DNA of 64,000 nt, taken from the NCBI GenBank assembly GCA_038231135.1, contig JBBRLX010000002.1, forward strand, positions 1-64,000, read 5' to 3'. Shown piece after piece: positions 1 to 9,452 of this stretch. The stretch is from Candidatus Eiseniibacteriota bacterium (GTDB taxonomy: Bacteria > Eisenbacteria > RBG-16-71-46). How positions within the stretch are numbered: the first letter of the stretch is position 1; every line of letters begins with the position of its first letter. The position numbers and the translations under genes were made by a program. Under the pieces are notes generated by a model, which was not told where the DNA came from, did not search any database, and was given only the letters and a program-made list of their open reading frames with translations.

Positions 1-84
1 GAATTCACCAGTTCCATGCGATGCGCCCTGGTCAACGCATCCAAGGAGAACGGGACGCGTGCGCAGCACCCGTGGCGCTCGACT

Positions 85-137
85 CCGCATAACGATGCGC
101 CCGGCATAATTGCGATTATGCGGTGCACCGCATAACC
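85..137. mobile_element. Tyrosine-recombinase-type terminal site (RIT-like inverted repeat cluster)
   Basis: CCGCATAAC (85-93), CGGCATAA-ttgcga-TTATGCGG (102-123) and the perfect palindrome TTATGCGGTGCACCGCATAA (116-135), directly abutting the truncated IS66 tnpB. Confidence 0.55.
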
Positions 138-472
138 GTAAAGCGCATGACGGGCTCTCCGCCATCATCCGCGATCAGTTTCACGACGATGCGTTCTCCG
201 GCGATGTGTTCGTGTTCCATAACCTCGCGAAGGACCGGATCAAGCTGCTGATGTGGGATCGCAACGGGTTCTGGTTGCTGTACAAACGCCTCGAGCAGGG
301 GACGTTCCCGTTCGCGGTGCGAGGCGATGGCGCACGCGTCGAGATCGAGCGCGCGCAGCTCGCGATGCTGCTCGAAGGCTTGGAGTGGAAGAACGCAAAG
401 AAGTCATCGCATTTCACGAACACGTTTGATATAAGAGGACGTGATGGAACGCGCCCTCGAACTTCCGCATGA
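137..472 (+). pseudogene. tnpB: IS66 accessory protein TnpB, 5'-truncated
   Basis: RKAHDGL...GDVFVFHN..KDRIKLLMWDRNGFWLLYKRLEQGTF is the IS66 Orf2 signature; the normal N-terminus is missing. Confidence 0.88.
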
Positions 473-858
473 CGTGGATGCGCTGCACGCGCTGGTGCTC
501 GCGCACCGCGAGCTGATCGTCGCTCGCGAGACGACGATCGCCGAACGCGACGCTAAGATCGCCGAGCTCGCCCACCAGTGCCAGGAGTTGAGGAAGCTGG
601 TGTTCGGCAAGTCGAGCGAGAAGCGAACGTCGACGCCATTCGAGCCGGGGCTGCAGGGCAGCCTGTTCCTGGCCGACATCGCGGCGGAAGCCGAACGCCT
701 CGCCGAGCAGCACCGGGTCGTCGCCACGGTCGAAGTGCCGGCGCACCCGCGACCCAGGCCCAAGCGCCGCGGCGAGTTCCCGGACCACCTGCCCCTCGTG
801 CGGACGGTGTGTGAGCTCCGTGATGCAGACCGCGTCTGCGCCTGTGGCGGTGAGCTGA
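444..858 (+). pseudogene. tnpC: IS66 transposase TnpC, N-terminal fragment
   Basis: Coiled coil followed by LVFGKSSEK, FPDHLP and CACGGEL, then an abrupt switch to unrelated sequence; no DDE domain. Confidence 0.88.
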
Positions 859-959
859 GCGGCCAGCACCCTGACCACCTTCGAGCCCGCGCCCATCAAG
901 ATCTCGAACATGCGCGTGAGAACGTAGGCCGCCACTATCAGGCCGATGTCGCCGATCAC
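859..959 (-). pseudogene. Small membrane protein, truncated at the IS66 junction
   Basis: MIGDIGLIVAAYVLTRMFEILM is hydrophobic; its GTG start overlaps the stop of the upstream lipoprotein (956-959). Confidence 0.4.
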
Positions 960-2068
960 TCCGCCGCCACCTGGATGCCGTGCCCGTGATGCTGGTCGCC
1001 GATTGCATCACCCGGCACGATCCCATCGTAGATGTTCCGCGTGTAGTGAAAGGGTTCCGTGATTCCATCCGATTTGGCCATTAAGTAGATGGCGTAGCCC
1101 CACCCAGGGGCGCTCCTGTTCCGCAGGATTTCCATCGGGACGGTTACGCGCAAGTGGTTGGTCGAGAGATTCAATCCTGCACGGCCAACTTCGGGGCTAC
1201 CGCCACCAGCATATGGGACGAGCGTCACGATCCCATCTGTACTGGTGAATTGAGCCACCCGATAGAGCGGCCCGTCAGGGGGGACGACTTCGATCCCCAA
1301 TACCCATCGCGCTTCGCCATCGTACAAAGGAACGCTCGGATCGCCAGGGGCAAATTGATTCACGCTAAACCCATCAAGAGCTAGCTTCGCATCGAATACT
1401 AGATTATTGCCCTCGGCCTTGATCTTGAGGTCAGACAACTCCGGGGCCCCGAAAGGGGGCGAGGGAAGCTGGACCGGAGTGCCCTGACCGTTCAGCTGCA
1501 CCGTTCCTGAGACGACGGCAAAATCGGGGTAGCAGAAACGATCGCCGCCTCCTGCTCTGCCAGTGTAGCGCGCATCGTAGGTCACGGTTTTTGAACCCCC
1601 AAAGAACTGCTTCGGAACGTCGATTAGAAGGTGTCCATTGACTGCGTCCATGATGATCGCGAACGTTTTCTGGCCCGCGTAGCCGATCTGCTGATAGCTA
1701 TTGTTGTTGCTCTCAACGTGGCCAATCGAATTCTCATGCTCATCTCGAAACTCCACGCTTACGGACCACGAAGCGGAAGAACTGCTTACGAATGGCGAGA
1801 AGAATGCCTCGATTGGCCCGGTACCGCCAAATGAATTCGGGCGTGCGGCGATCGAGGCCGCAAGTTGATACCTGTCCCGAGTTTCGACCGAACTGAACGG
1901 TGATGCGATTGGCACCACCCATGCCTGCCCAACACATTCGTGCTCCGGCTCGACAATGCGGGTGGCAAGGGTTGAGGGCGTGTCATGCGCCTTGGGGGCG
2001 GTGACAAGCTGTTTGCTGCAGCCGCAGACTAGGGCGAGGGCGAGAACGGCGAGGGTATAGCGGATCAT
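956..2068 (-). CDS. Hypothetical lipoprotein
   Basis: GGAGG RBS then MIRYTLAVLALALVCGC (lipobox-like); about 370 aa, beta-rich, no family recognised. Confidence 0.7.
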   Translation of the reverse strand: MIRYTLAVLALALVCGCSKQLVTAPKAHDTPSTLATRIVEPEHECVGQAWVVPIASPFSSVETRDRYQLAASIAARPNSFGGTGPIEAFFSPFVSSSSASWSVSVEFRDEHENSIGHVESNNNSYQQIGYAGQKTFAIIMDAVNGHLLIDVPKQFFGGSKTVTYDARYTGRAGGGDRFCYPDFAVVSGTVQLNGQGTPVQLPSPPFGAPELSDLKIKAEGNNLVFDAKLALDGFSVNQFAPGDPSVPLYDGEARWVLGIEVVPPDGPLYRVAQFTSTDGIVTLVPYAGGGSPEVGRAGLNLSTNHLRVTVPMEILRNRSAPGWGYAIYLMAKSDGITEPFHYTRNIYDGIVPGDAIGDQHHGHGIQVAAE

Positions 2069-2289
2069 CGTGAAACCTCCGGGAAGACCGAAGACCGGGA
2101 TTAGGGTGTCGGCGGAACCGACGATTCGTCGGGGGATGTCAGCCGCGTGGCTAATGGTACAGCATGTAACGTGCCGATTCATTCCTTGTCGTGAATCATG
2201 TCCCCCGCGAGAGTTCGGAACGCATGCGCCGCGACTAGCGGCACCACGCCGTTACCGCAGGCCCGAACAGATCTCCAACGTCTCCGCGC

Positions 2290-2503
2290 CCAGCCTCGCA
2301 ACGTGGCGCGCTCTGCCTGGTAGCGTGCCGTGCGGCCCGCATTGCGTCGCGCGATCACCAACTCGAGGAACGGGGCGTATGCTGCACGATCCGCAAAATC
2401 GCGATTCCCACGCAGCAGCAACGCTTGATCCACAGCACGCTTGAACCGTTGGTGGCCCTGCTCCACGTCGCCGTTCTCATTCGGCTGCCCGGTCTGGATC
2501 TTC
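2290..2503 (-). pseudogene. IS21-family transposase (IstA) internal fragment
   Basis: IQTGQPNENGDVEQGHQRFKRAVDQALLLRGNRDF is typical of an IS21 subgroup; no start or end present. Confidence 0.75.
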
Positions 2504-2599
2504 TAGAACCCGGGGCGGTTCAGTCGTCGTCCGGAAAAAATAGTTGTCGCCCATCAGACGCGCGTGCGTGGGGACGATCCGGGTGCGGAGCGCCGCCGA

Positions 2600-3131
2600 C
2601 CGGGGCACTAATGGCACGCGTACACAACAAGACGCTGGCCACAGGAACTTCGGGGCCCGAGCTGTCGCCGTATTGACGCCTCGGCAATCGGCCGCTTCTC
2701 GTGATTTGGAGCCGCAACCCCGCAACAGACCAATGTCTGCGGGTTCTTCTTTCACCCTGTCACCCGAAACAGGCCGCGTAGTTGCACCTCTCGAAGAACC
2801 AGTTCAGCCCCGCCAGCTGCGCTCTGTTGCGGGTGTTGCACTTCGAAGAGGGCCCCTCGAGGTCTGAGCCACATTGAGCTGCCGATCCGCGATGTTCACC
2901 TGCACGACCGGGATCTCGAGCCGGCGAACAACCGCCAGGGCGCGTATGGCCGCCAGGTATCGGCGCTGCTCCCCGTCGAGCCGCCGACGCAGGCAATCGC
3001 TCTGGCTGAGAGTCGCCGAGCCGCTGGTGCCCGCGTACAGGGCATCGGCGTGATGCACCTCGAGCCATCCGACGATGATCCGGCCCACCAGAAGCCGCTC
3101 CAGCGGCGTGGGCGAGGCGCCCAAGAGCTCC
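2600..3131 (-). repeat. Diverged partial copy of the 8459-9207 module (3' half of a conserved hypothetical gene plus its downstream non-coding element)
   Basis: 2871-3131 aligns with 8947-9207 (LLGASPTPLERL.VGRIIVGWL...QVNIADRQ); 2600-2845 aligns with 8459-8704. Confidence 0.85.
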
Positions 3132-3164
3132 TGACGAAGTTCGTGGACACGCCGGAATAGCGCT

Positions 3165-3240
3165 TCCTGATCAGGTGGACGATGCAGGTCTGGACGATCG
3201 CCTTCGGGAACACCGCCTCGATCGCCTCGGGAAAGCCATG
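3165..3240 (-). pseudogene. IS256-family transposase short fragment
   Basis: GFPEAIEAVFPKAIVQTCIVHLIR matches the IS256/Mutator CxxH region. Confidence 0.8.
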
Positions 3241-3250
3241 GCGAGCGCGC

Positions 3251-6200
3251 TCAGTGAAGCAGTAGCGCCTTCTCCGTCGCTCGTTTCTCTCCATTCAAGC
3301 GCATCCGCCACAGGTACATCCCCGGATGCATGAGCGCGCCTGATATCGACCGGCCGTCCCAGACGACGCGATGCGGGCCGGGTTCGAACGACTGTGCCGC
3401 TAGTGAGCGCACGCGCCGCCCCTGCATGTCGTAGACCTCAAGATCGACCTTCGCCCGCTCGGGCAATTGGAACTCGATCGTCAGCTCGCGAGAGAAGGGA
3501 TTCCGTCCATTGCGCGCGAAGAAGGGAATGCGTGATGGCCCGACACCCACGTTTGGGTTCAGGTAGCACGTGTCCGCGGGTTGGGTGAGCAGGTAAGCGT
3601 ACACGTAGTCCGCCGCCATGTTGTCCTTCCAGCCGGTGAGCCGGTTGTACGTGCGGTGCCATCTCCACACCTTGCAGGGCTTGTTCTTCCGCTTCGGGAA
3701 GCACTTGCCCTTGCTCGTGACCTCCACGGTGAGACCACTGCTCACCGCGGCGCTCGTCTTGTCGATGAGCGGCGCCGGATCGCCCGAGCCACCGTAAGGC
3801 TGGTGGATCCCGTCGTCCGTGATGACGCGCACCTCTTCGGCGTTGTGCTGGTCGCCGAAGATCGTCGAGCTGAGCGCATACTCCTGGTTCGCCGGGAACA
3901 CATCCCCGACCACATTGGGCGTCATCCCGTAGTGCTCGGCGGCGGATTCGATAAAGCTGTAGTGATGAATGTAGCGATTGTTCGGATCCAAGGGTCCGCC
4001 GAGCGACGGGATATGCCACGGCTGGACCATGCCGGTCGGTGAGAGACCGTCCGTGCATCCGGTCGCGACACGAGTGAGGTACGGCTCCAGTTCCGGCGGG
4101 AAGATCGGATCGAGCGACCGCGGACGGAGCAGCGGGTCCTTCAGCTGATCCTTCGCGTACCCTCGTGACCGCCGCTTCAGGATCCCCTCGTTGATCCCGA
4201 TGTCCTTGACGCGCTTGCCGGCGAACTTCTCGGGCCCGAGCCGCAGGTAGCCACTCGGCCACATGATCATCGGATTCGGATTCGCGACCGCCGAATTCGT
4301 GTTCACCACACCGTCGTCGAGTCCGCGCAGCAGCAGGCGCTTGATGGGCCAGTGGAAGCTGGGATGCCCGCCGGTTACCGTCACCGTCCGCCCCGGAACG
4401 CCATCGAACTTGGGTCCCCACTTCCATTGCATGACCAGCGGCATGAGATCCCACGTCACTCCGCGAACGGGCGTGTCCCAGTTGACGACGTGGTCGCACA
4501 GGCCGCCATTGCTGCCGAGGCAATACTGCAAGAGCTTGCACACCCAGTATATGGACGTCGACTGCAGAACCACGGAAGCTCCCACGGCGGCCGTCGCGAG
4601 CTTCGAACCTCCGAACGCTCCCTGGATCGCGATGTGGGCTTTCGCGTGCGCGGCGATGTAGCCCGCGTTCCAGCCGGGATCATGCTCAGCGACCGAGAGC
4701 GCGGCGTCGACGACGGGCGCGCCCGTGGAATGCGACACCACGACGAAACTCGGAGAGCCGAATCCCTGGATGTCGTTGTGCCCGGACAGATCCACCACGC
4801 CCGTGCCGTCATGCATGGCATCGGCGACCTGGCTGAGGAATGCGCTCATCCCATACTTCATGCGCTGGGTCGCGGGCCAAGCGACGATGATGTAGCGGTT
4901 AGCGTAGCCCTTGTCCTTGAGGAAATGATCGATGTGTTGCTTCCAATAGTTGACCGCGCCACCCTTCCAGTAGGTGTTGTGCCCGTCACCGTAGAATGTG
5001 GGATTCGTCGAGAGTCCCGACGCACCTTGAGGTGGGACCCAATCGACGAGTGAGGAATCGTTCAGTCCGAACATGCGGTCCTTGAGCGGTATCAACCGCA
5101 ACCCATGAACGAACACGATATCGCGGCCGCCGAACGCATACTTCTTCGTCCGATCGAGGCAGTGGCGATGCGCCGGCGGCGTATAGGGGATGACGGCGCC
5201 CAGGCTGTCCGGGAACGGATCGCTCTCCTTCTTCGCCATCGCGGAGAACTGGTCCTCCCACGAGTTCAGCGAATCGGTGACCTCCGCCTCGGTTAGATCC
5301 GGAGTCCCGAGCGAGTCGGCTTCCTCACCCCAGGGGTCAATGAGATCCGTGGAATCCTGCTCCGCGCCGAACGACGGATCGCAGGGGATGTTCCCGTACC
5401 AATTATCGAGACTGGTATCGAACTGAGGATAGAGGCTTCCGGTCGAAACGGGATCGGTCTCGACATCCGTCTCGCTGTTCCACGCGCTGGTATCGGCGTC
5501 ATCGGGCACGATGACATTGTCCAACGTATCGAGCAGCGCGGCTACCATCGAGCAGGGTGAACACCACTCCCAGGTGTCCGACTTGCCATCGATCGCGCCG
5601 GGGAGCCGGCCACCGAACAGCATCAGGTGATCGTTGAAATGGTCATAGGCCATGGCGTGGTCTTCGAGCGACCCGACTCCCGGAACCGAGATCGCCCAGG
5701 TGCCACCATTCCAGCGCCACGTCGATGCGTCCGTGCCCGGACCGTTGCCACCATAGAGCACGAGCGAGTTGCCCTCGGCGCTGAACGCCATCGCCGATTG
5801 CTGCCGAAGGCCCGGCGTGGCTCCCGTCGGTGAGAGTTGCAGCCAGCCCGTACCGCTGTAGACCCATGTGTCCCCGACAGGGCCGCTCGCGTCGCTGCCG
5901 CCGTAAAGAAGCGTCAACCCGCTGGCGTAGTCGTAGGCCATCGAGAACGCCTGGCGCGGCGTGGGCGCGGTCGTCGTGGGAGTCTGGGTCCACGTCGTGC
6001 CATCCCATTCCCACGTGTCGGCGAGAAACCCGCCGTTGTACCCACCGAACAGGACGATGCGGCCACGGTTCTCGTCATATGTGAGGCCGTGCCCGTAGCG
6101 GGCGGGCGGGCCGGTCACCGAGACGAGGAGCCAATTGGTGCCATCAAACTCCCACGTATCACCCTTGATGCCGCCGACACCGAGGCCGCCGAACATCACG

Positions 6201-8278
6201 ACGCGCTTGCGCGCACGATCGTAGGCCATGGCGTGCGACGCTCTCGGCGAAGGCGGGGTGGAGATCGACACGAGGTGCCACCCGAGCCCGTCCCACTTCC
6301 ACGTATCCGCGAGGTAGTTGGCGGACGACTCACCACCGAACAGGATGATGGATTCCTGATCGTAGTTCGACGCCATCGCCATGCCGAACCGCGCGCTGGG
6401 TGCGTTGTTCCCGAGGTTCTTCCAAACCCCAGGGGTGCAGGCACTGTCGGACGGACAGCTACTCGCCACGAGCCCGGTGCAGAGTGTAACGCCGTCGGCC
6501 GAGATCGACGTAGTGCACGACGCGATCTGCGTCGAGACGCAGATGCACATGTGCGCGGTGCCCGTGGCGTCGGTGAACACGCGCGCGGTGCTCGCGGGCA
6601 CGTTTACCACCACCCCGGCAGGCTGGGTGGGGCAGAACGTGATCGGACAGCTGCCGAACGACACGACGACCGAGGAACCGGCAATGGGATTGTTCAGGAC
6701 ATCCCGCACGATCACATCGAAGCAGCAGTTGCCATCCGGCGCGGCAGTCACCTTCGCGGGACAGGTGGAGTTCGCAGCGCTGGGAACTCCGACGGCCCCG
6801 AGCAGGATGATATCCGCGTTGTTCCGTGGCTGGAGCTGAAATCGGCCGGAGCGGAACGTGAGGACTCCCGTCACCCTGAGGAGCTGACCGGGGCTCGGGT
6901 CGAACGTGTAGGAACTGGCACCATTCGCAACCAGGATGGTGTCCGCGAACACGCCATAGCGGCCCGCAACGTGGAAGCTCCCACCGGCGGGTGCATCCTC
7001 GGCCACGCGCACACTGTCCGCACGCACGAGGACACCCTCAAGGTCCTCGCCCGTGAGCAGCGATTGTGCGTCATCGCAGGTCGTGTCACGCAGCACACTC
7101 ACGGGATCTAGGATCGCGGACGGAACCGAACCGACTCCGTCATCACGCAGGAAGACCTCGTTCGCCACCTCGGTCTCGCCGACGAACTCCTGCACGGCCC
7201 CGGCGACCAGGTAACGGTGACCTGTCACCAGCGGCACGGTGGGTGCGAACAAGGCGATGCCGCTCCTCGGGCCGCCTGTCTCGTCCTGCAGGTAATTCAG
7301 GTTGCCGAAGCCCGCGGTCGCGACACCGTGGAATGTCATCCGCGTGCCGAGCGTGGATCCTGCTCCCGCGAACGATGAGCGATCCACGCATGGAGCGCCC
7401 GCCAGCGCGCCAGGATCGGGGGCCTGGATCTCAGCGATCGTCAGCACGCCGAAGAAGAATGTCACGCTGGCGGGTGTGGTCATGGCAACGCCATCCACCA
7501 GCCCGACGACGCCGTTGACCGTCACCGTCTCGGGATCGCCGTGGGACAGGCCGGTCCCCGAAACGGTGAGGATCACCGCGCTGCTGCCGTCCATCACCGC
7601 CGCGTTCACAATGCCCAACGACGCCAGCGAGTAGTTCGCTGAGTTCGTCGCCGAGGCCGTCGTGACGCTTCGGTCGAACACGATCCGGTACTGGTTGTCC
7701 GCGATGGCATACCCATCCGTCACCGCCGGCGGCTGCGCGTCGACGATGTCGGCGGCGTTCCGCGGCATGATGCGGAAGCCGCGGCTGGCCTTGTTGCCGA
7801 TGCCCGTGACGGACGACAGCACCGTCCCGACCGCGGGGGGCAGAATGGTGGTGAGCTTGCCGCAATCGATGAACACGGAGTCGCCCGGAGCCGCATTGGA
7901 CACGACCAGCGCGCCGTGAGTCCCGAGCACGGTGTCGCCGTTGGGCGACCCGATGCGCGCCACTCGGACCGGGCCGGTCAGTTTGACGAGCGCGCTCACG
8001 TAGGGCGCGAACGTCGGGTTGGCGGACGACTCCTTGAGATCGGTCGAGTTGCCGACGAAGATCGGTGGCAGCGGATTCCCGACGCTCGCCCGGCGCAGCA
8101 CGATGTTCGGGCTCGCGAAGTTGTTGTTGAGAGCTTCGAGCTCCAACAGCGTCTTGAGCCGGATGATGGACAGTGTATCCGGACACGCCGGCTTCGGATA
8201 CGACGTGAGCGCGAACGAGGCACCGGCCATTACCAGTATCAAGGCGGCACCGATTGGAAGGATGAGCAACTTATTCAT
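3251..8278 (-). CDS. Large secreted multidomain protein (OB/Ig-like domains, Kelch propeller, alpha/beta-hydrolase-like domain, FlgD-Ig/T9SS-like C-terminal domain)
   Basis: Signal peptide; about 6 Kelch repeats (MAYD...LFGG...DTWEWDG); IVFVHGL, SHSTG and DDGVV hydrolase motifs; C-terminus NPF...VYDMQGRRVR...WDGRS..G. Confidence 0.88.
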   Translation of the reverse strand: MNKLLILPIGAALILVMAGASFALTSYPKPACPDTLSIIRLKTLLELEALNNNFASPNIVLRRASVGNPLPPIFVGNSTDLKESSANPTFAPYVSALVKLTGPVRVARIGSPNGDTVLGTHGALVVSNAAPGDSVFIDCGKLTTILPPAVGTVLSSVTGIGNKASRGFRIMPRNAADIVDAQPPAVTDGYAIADNQYRIVFDRSVTTASATNSANYSLASLGIVNAAVMDGSSAVILTVSGTGLSHGDPETVTVNGVVGLVDGVAMTTPASVTFFFGVLTIAEIQAPDPGALAGAPCVDRSSFAGAGSTLGTRMTFHGVATAGFGNLNYLQDETGGPRSGIALFAPTVPLVTGHRYLVAGAVQEFVGETEVANEVFLRDDGVGSVPSAILDPVSVLRDTTCDDAQSLLTGEDLEGVLVRADSVRVAEDAPAGGSFHVAGRYGVFADTILVANGASSYTFDPSPGQLLRVTGVLTFRSGRFQLQPRNNADIILLGAVGVPSAANSTCPAKVTAAPDGNCCFDVIVRDVLNNPIAGSSVVVSFGSCPITFCPTQPAGVVVNVPASTARVFTDATGTAHMCICVSTQIASCTTSISADGVTLCTGLVASSCPSDSACTPGVWKNLGNNAPSARFGMAMASNYDQESIILFGGESSANYLADTWKWDGLGWHLVSISTPPSPRASHAMAYDRARKRVVMFGGLGVGGIKGDTWEFDGTNWLLVSVTGPPARYGHGLTYDENRGRIVLFGGYNGGFLADTWEWDGTTWTQTPTTTAPTPRQAFSMAYDYASGLTLLYGGSDASGPVGDTWVYSGTGWLQLSPTGATPGLRQQSAMAFSAEGNSLVLYGGNGPGTDASTWRWNGGTWAISVPGVGSLEDHAMAYDHFNDHLMLFGGRLPGAIDGKSDTWEWCSPCSMVAALLDTLDNVIVPDDADTSAWNSETDVETDPVSTGSLYPQFDTSLDNWYGNIPCDPSFGAEQDSTDLIDPWGEEADSLGTPDLTEAEVTDSLNSWEDQFSAMAKKESDPFPDSLGAVIPYTPPAHRHCLDRTKKYAFGGRDIVFVHGLRLIPLKDRMFGLNDSSLVDWVPPQGASGLSTNPTFYGDGHNTYWKGGAVNYWKQHIDHFLKDKGYANRYIIVAWPATQRMKYGMSAFLSQVADAMHDGTGVVDLSGHNDIQGFGSPSFVVVSHSTGAPVVDAALSVAEHDPGWNAGYIAAHAKAHIAIQGAFGGSKLATAAVGASVVLQSTSIYWVCKLLQYCLGSNGGLCDHVVNWDTPVRGVTWDLMPLVMQWKWGPKFDGVPGRTVTVTGGHPSFHWPIKRLLLRGLDDGVVNTNSAVANPNPMIMWPSGYLRLGPEKFAGKRVKDIGINEGILKRRSRGYAKDQLKDPLLRPRSLDPIFPPELEPYLTRVATGCTDGLSPTGMVQPWHIPSLGGPLDPNNRYIHHYSFIESAAEHYGMTPNVVGDVFPANQEYALSSTIFGDQHNAEEVRVITDDGIHQPYGGSGDPAPLIDKTSAAVSSGLTVEVTSKGKCFPKRKNKPCKVWRWHRTYNRLTGWKDNMAADYVYAYLLTQPADTCYLNPNVGVGPSRIPFFARNGRNPFSRELTIEFQLPERAKVDLEVYDMQGRRVRSLAAQSFEPGPHRVVWDGRSISGALMHPGMYLWRMRLNGEKRATEKALLLH

Positions 8279-8516
8279 AAATGCTCCCTTCTCTGAACAT
8301 CTTGATACGGAGCGAAGCTCGAACGATCGACGCTGAGACTTCGCACCCTGCGCCAGTCATGTCGGAGAGTCAAGAATTTGTTACGCTCGACGATCGGGGC
8401 ATGCTGGAGATTTGCCGCCCGAAGGGACCCGGCGGCACAGCGGCACCCCCTCGTAGACCGGGGCACTACTGACAAGAGTACACAACAGACGCTCGCTGTT
8501 GGAACTCGGCAGCCCT

Positions 8517-8890
8517 CGGGCGGTCGCCCACGTTGTAGTCGTGCGGAGGACGGCGACTTCCTGGTGGATCTCGAACCGCAACGCCGCAACAAGCCTGTGT
8601 TTGCGCGTGATTTCTTGCTGTCGTCACCCGAAACAGACTGATCCTCGTTGCACCTCAAGAAACGCCGTTAAGCCGCGCCAGGCGCGGTCTGTTGCGCTGT
8701 TGCGGGCGGTCGCCCACGTTGTAGTCGTGCGGAGGACGGCGACTTCCTGGTGGATCTCGAACCGCAACGCCGCAACAAGCCTGTGTTTGCGCGTGCGTTC
8801 TTGCTGTCGTCACCCGAAACGGACTGATCCTCGTTGCACCTCAAGAAACGCCGTTAAGCCGCGCCAGGTGCGGGCTGTTGCACTGTTGCG
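8517..8890. repeat. Tandem duplication, 186-bp unit x2
   Basis: CGGGCGGTCGCCCACGTTGTAG starts at 8517 and again at 8703; near-identical to about 8890. Confidence 0.95.
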
Positions 8891-9452
8891 CTTCGAGACG
8901 GGGTGTAGCGTGTCGACCGTGCGTGTCGGCCATCGAGGTCTGTGCGACGTTCACCTGCCGATCCGCGATGTTCACCTGCACGATCGGGATCTGGAGCCGC
9001 CGGACGACCGCCAGGGCGCGTATGGCCGCCAGGTATCGGCGCTGCGCCCCTTCGAGCCGCCGACGCAGGCAATCACTCTGGCTCAGCGTCGCAGAGCCGC
9101 TGGTGCGCGCGTACAGGGCATCCGCATGATGCACCTGCAGCCAGCCGACGATAATCCGGCCGACCACGAGTCGCTCGAGCGGGGTGGGCGAGGCACCCAA
9201 TAGCTCCCGCCGAAGCTCACGCGCGCGACGAAAGACGGCTTCCTGCACAATTTCGCTCTTCCCGGCGGCCATCTCCACGAGTGCAGCCTGGCTTTGAAAC
9301 GCAAGATTGCCGAGTTGCCGCCACAGCTCCGGGTGGGAGTCGAGGTAGGTCCGAAGCGCGGGCAGCACGGAGCGGTCACCCTGCTGGGCACGCACGAGAA
9401 GGGCGTTCATGTCCTCCAGCTTGGGTTCGGCCGATAGCTTCTTCCTAGCCAC
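8841..9452 (-). CDS. Conserved hypothetical protein of island or integrative-element type
   Basis: GTG start overlaps the upstream stop; helical protein; a second partial copy at 2871-3131 keeps the amino-acid sequence despite many nucleotide changes. Confidence 0.72.
   Translation of the reverse strand: MARKKLSAEPKLEDMNALLVRAQQGDRSVLPALRTYLDSHPELWRQLGNLAFQSQAALVEMAAGKSEIVQEAVFRRARELRRELLGASPTPLERLVVGRIIVGWLQVHHADALYARTSGSATLSQSDCLRRRLEGAQRRYLAAIRALAVVRRLQIPIVQVNIADRQVNVAQTSMADTHGRHATPRLEAQQCNSPHLARLNGVS

Noticed and set aside
8517..8890. CRISPR array
   Set aside because: Two long contiguous units with no spacers; no cas genes in the window
8499..9203. Plus-strand 234-aa ORF with a 62-aa repeat
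   Set aside because: By-product of the 186-bp DNA duplication, and antisense to the conserved minus-strand gene
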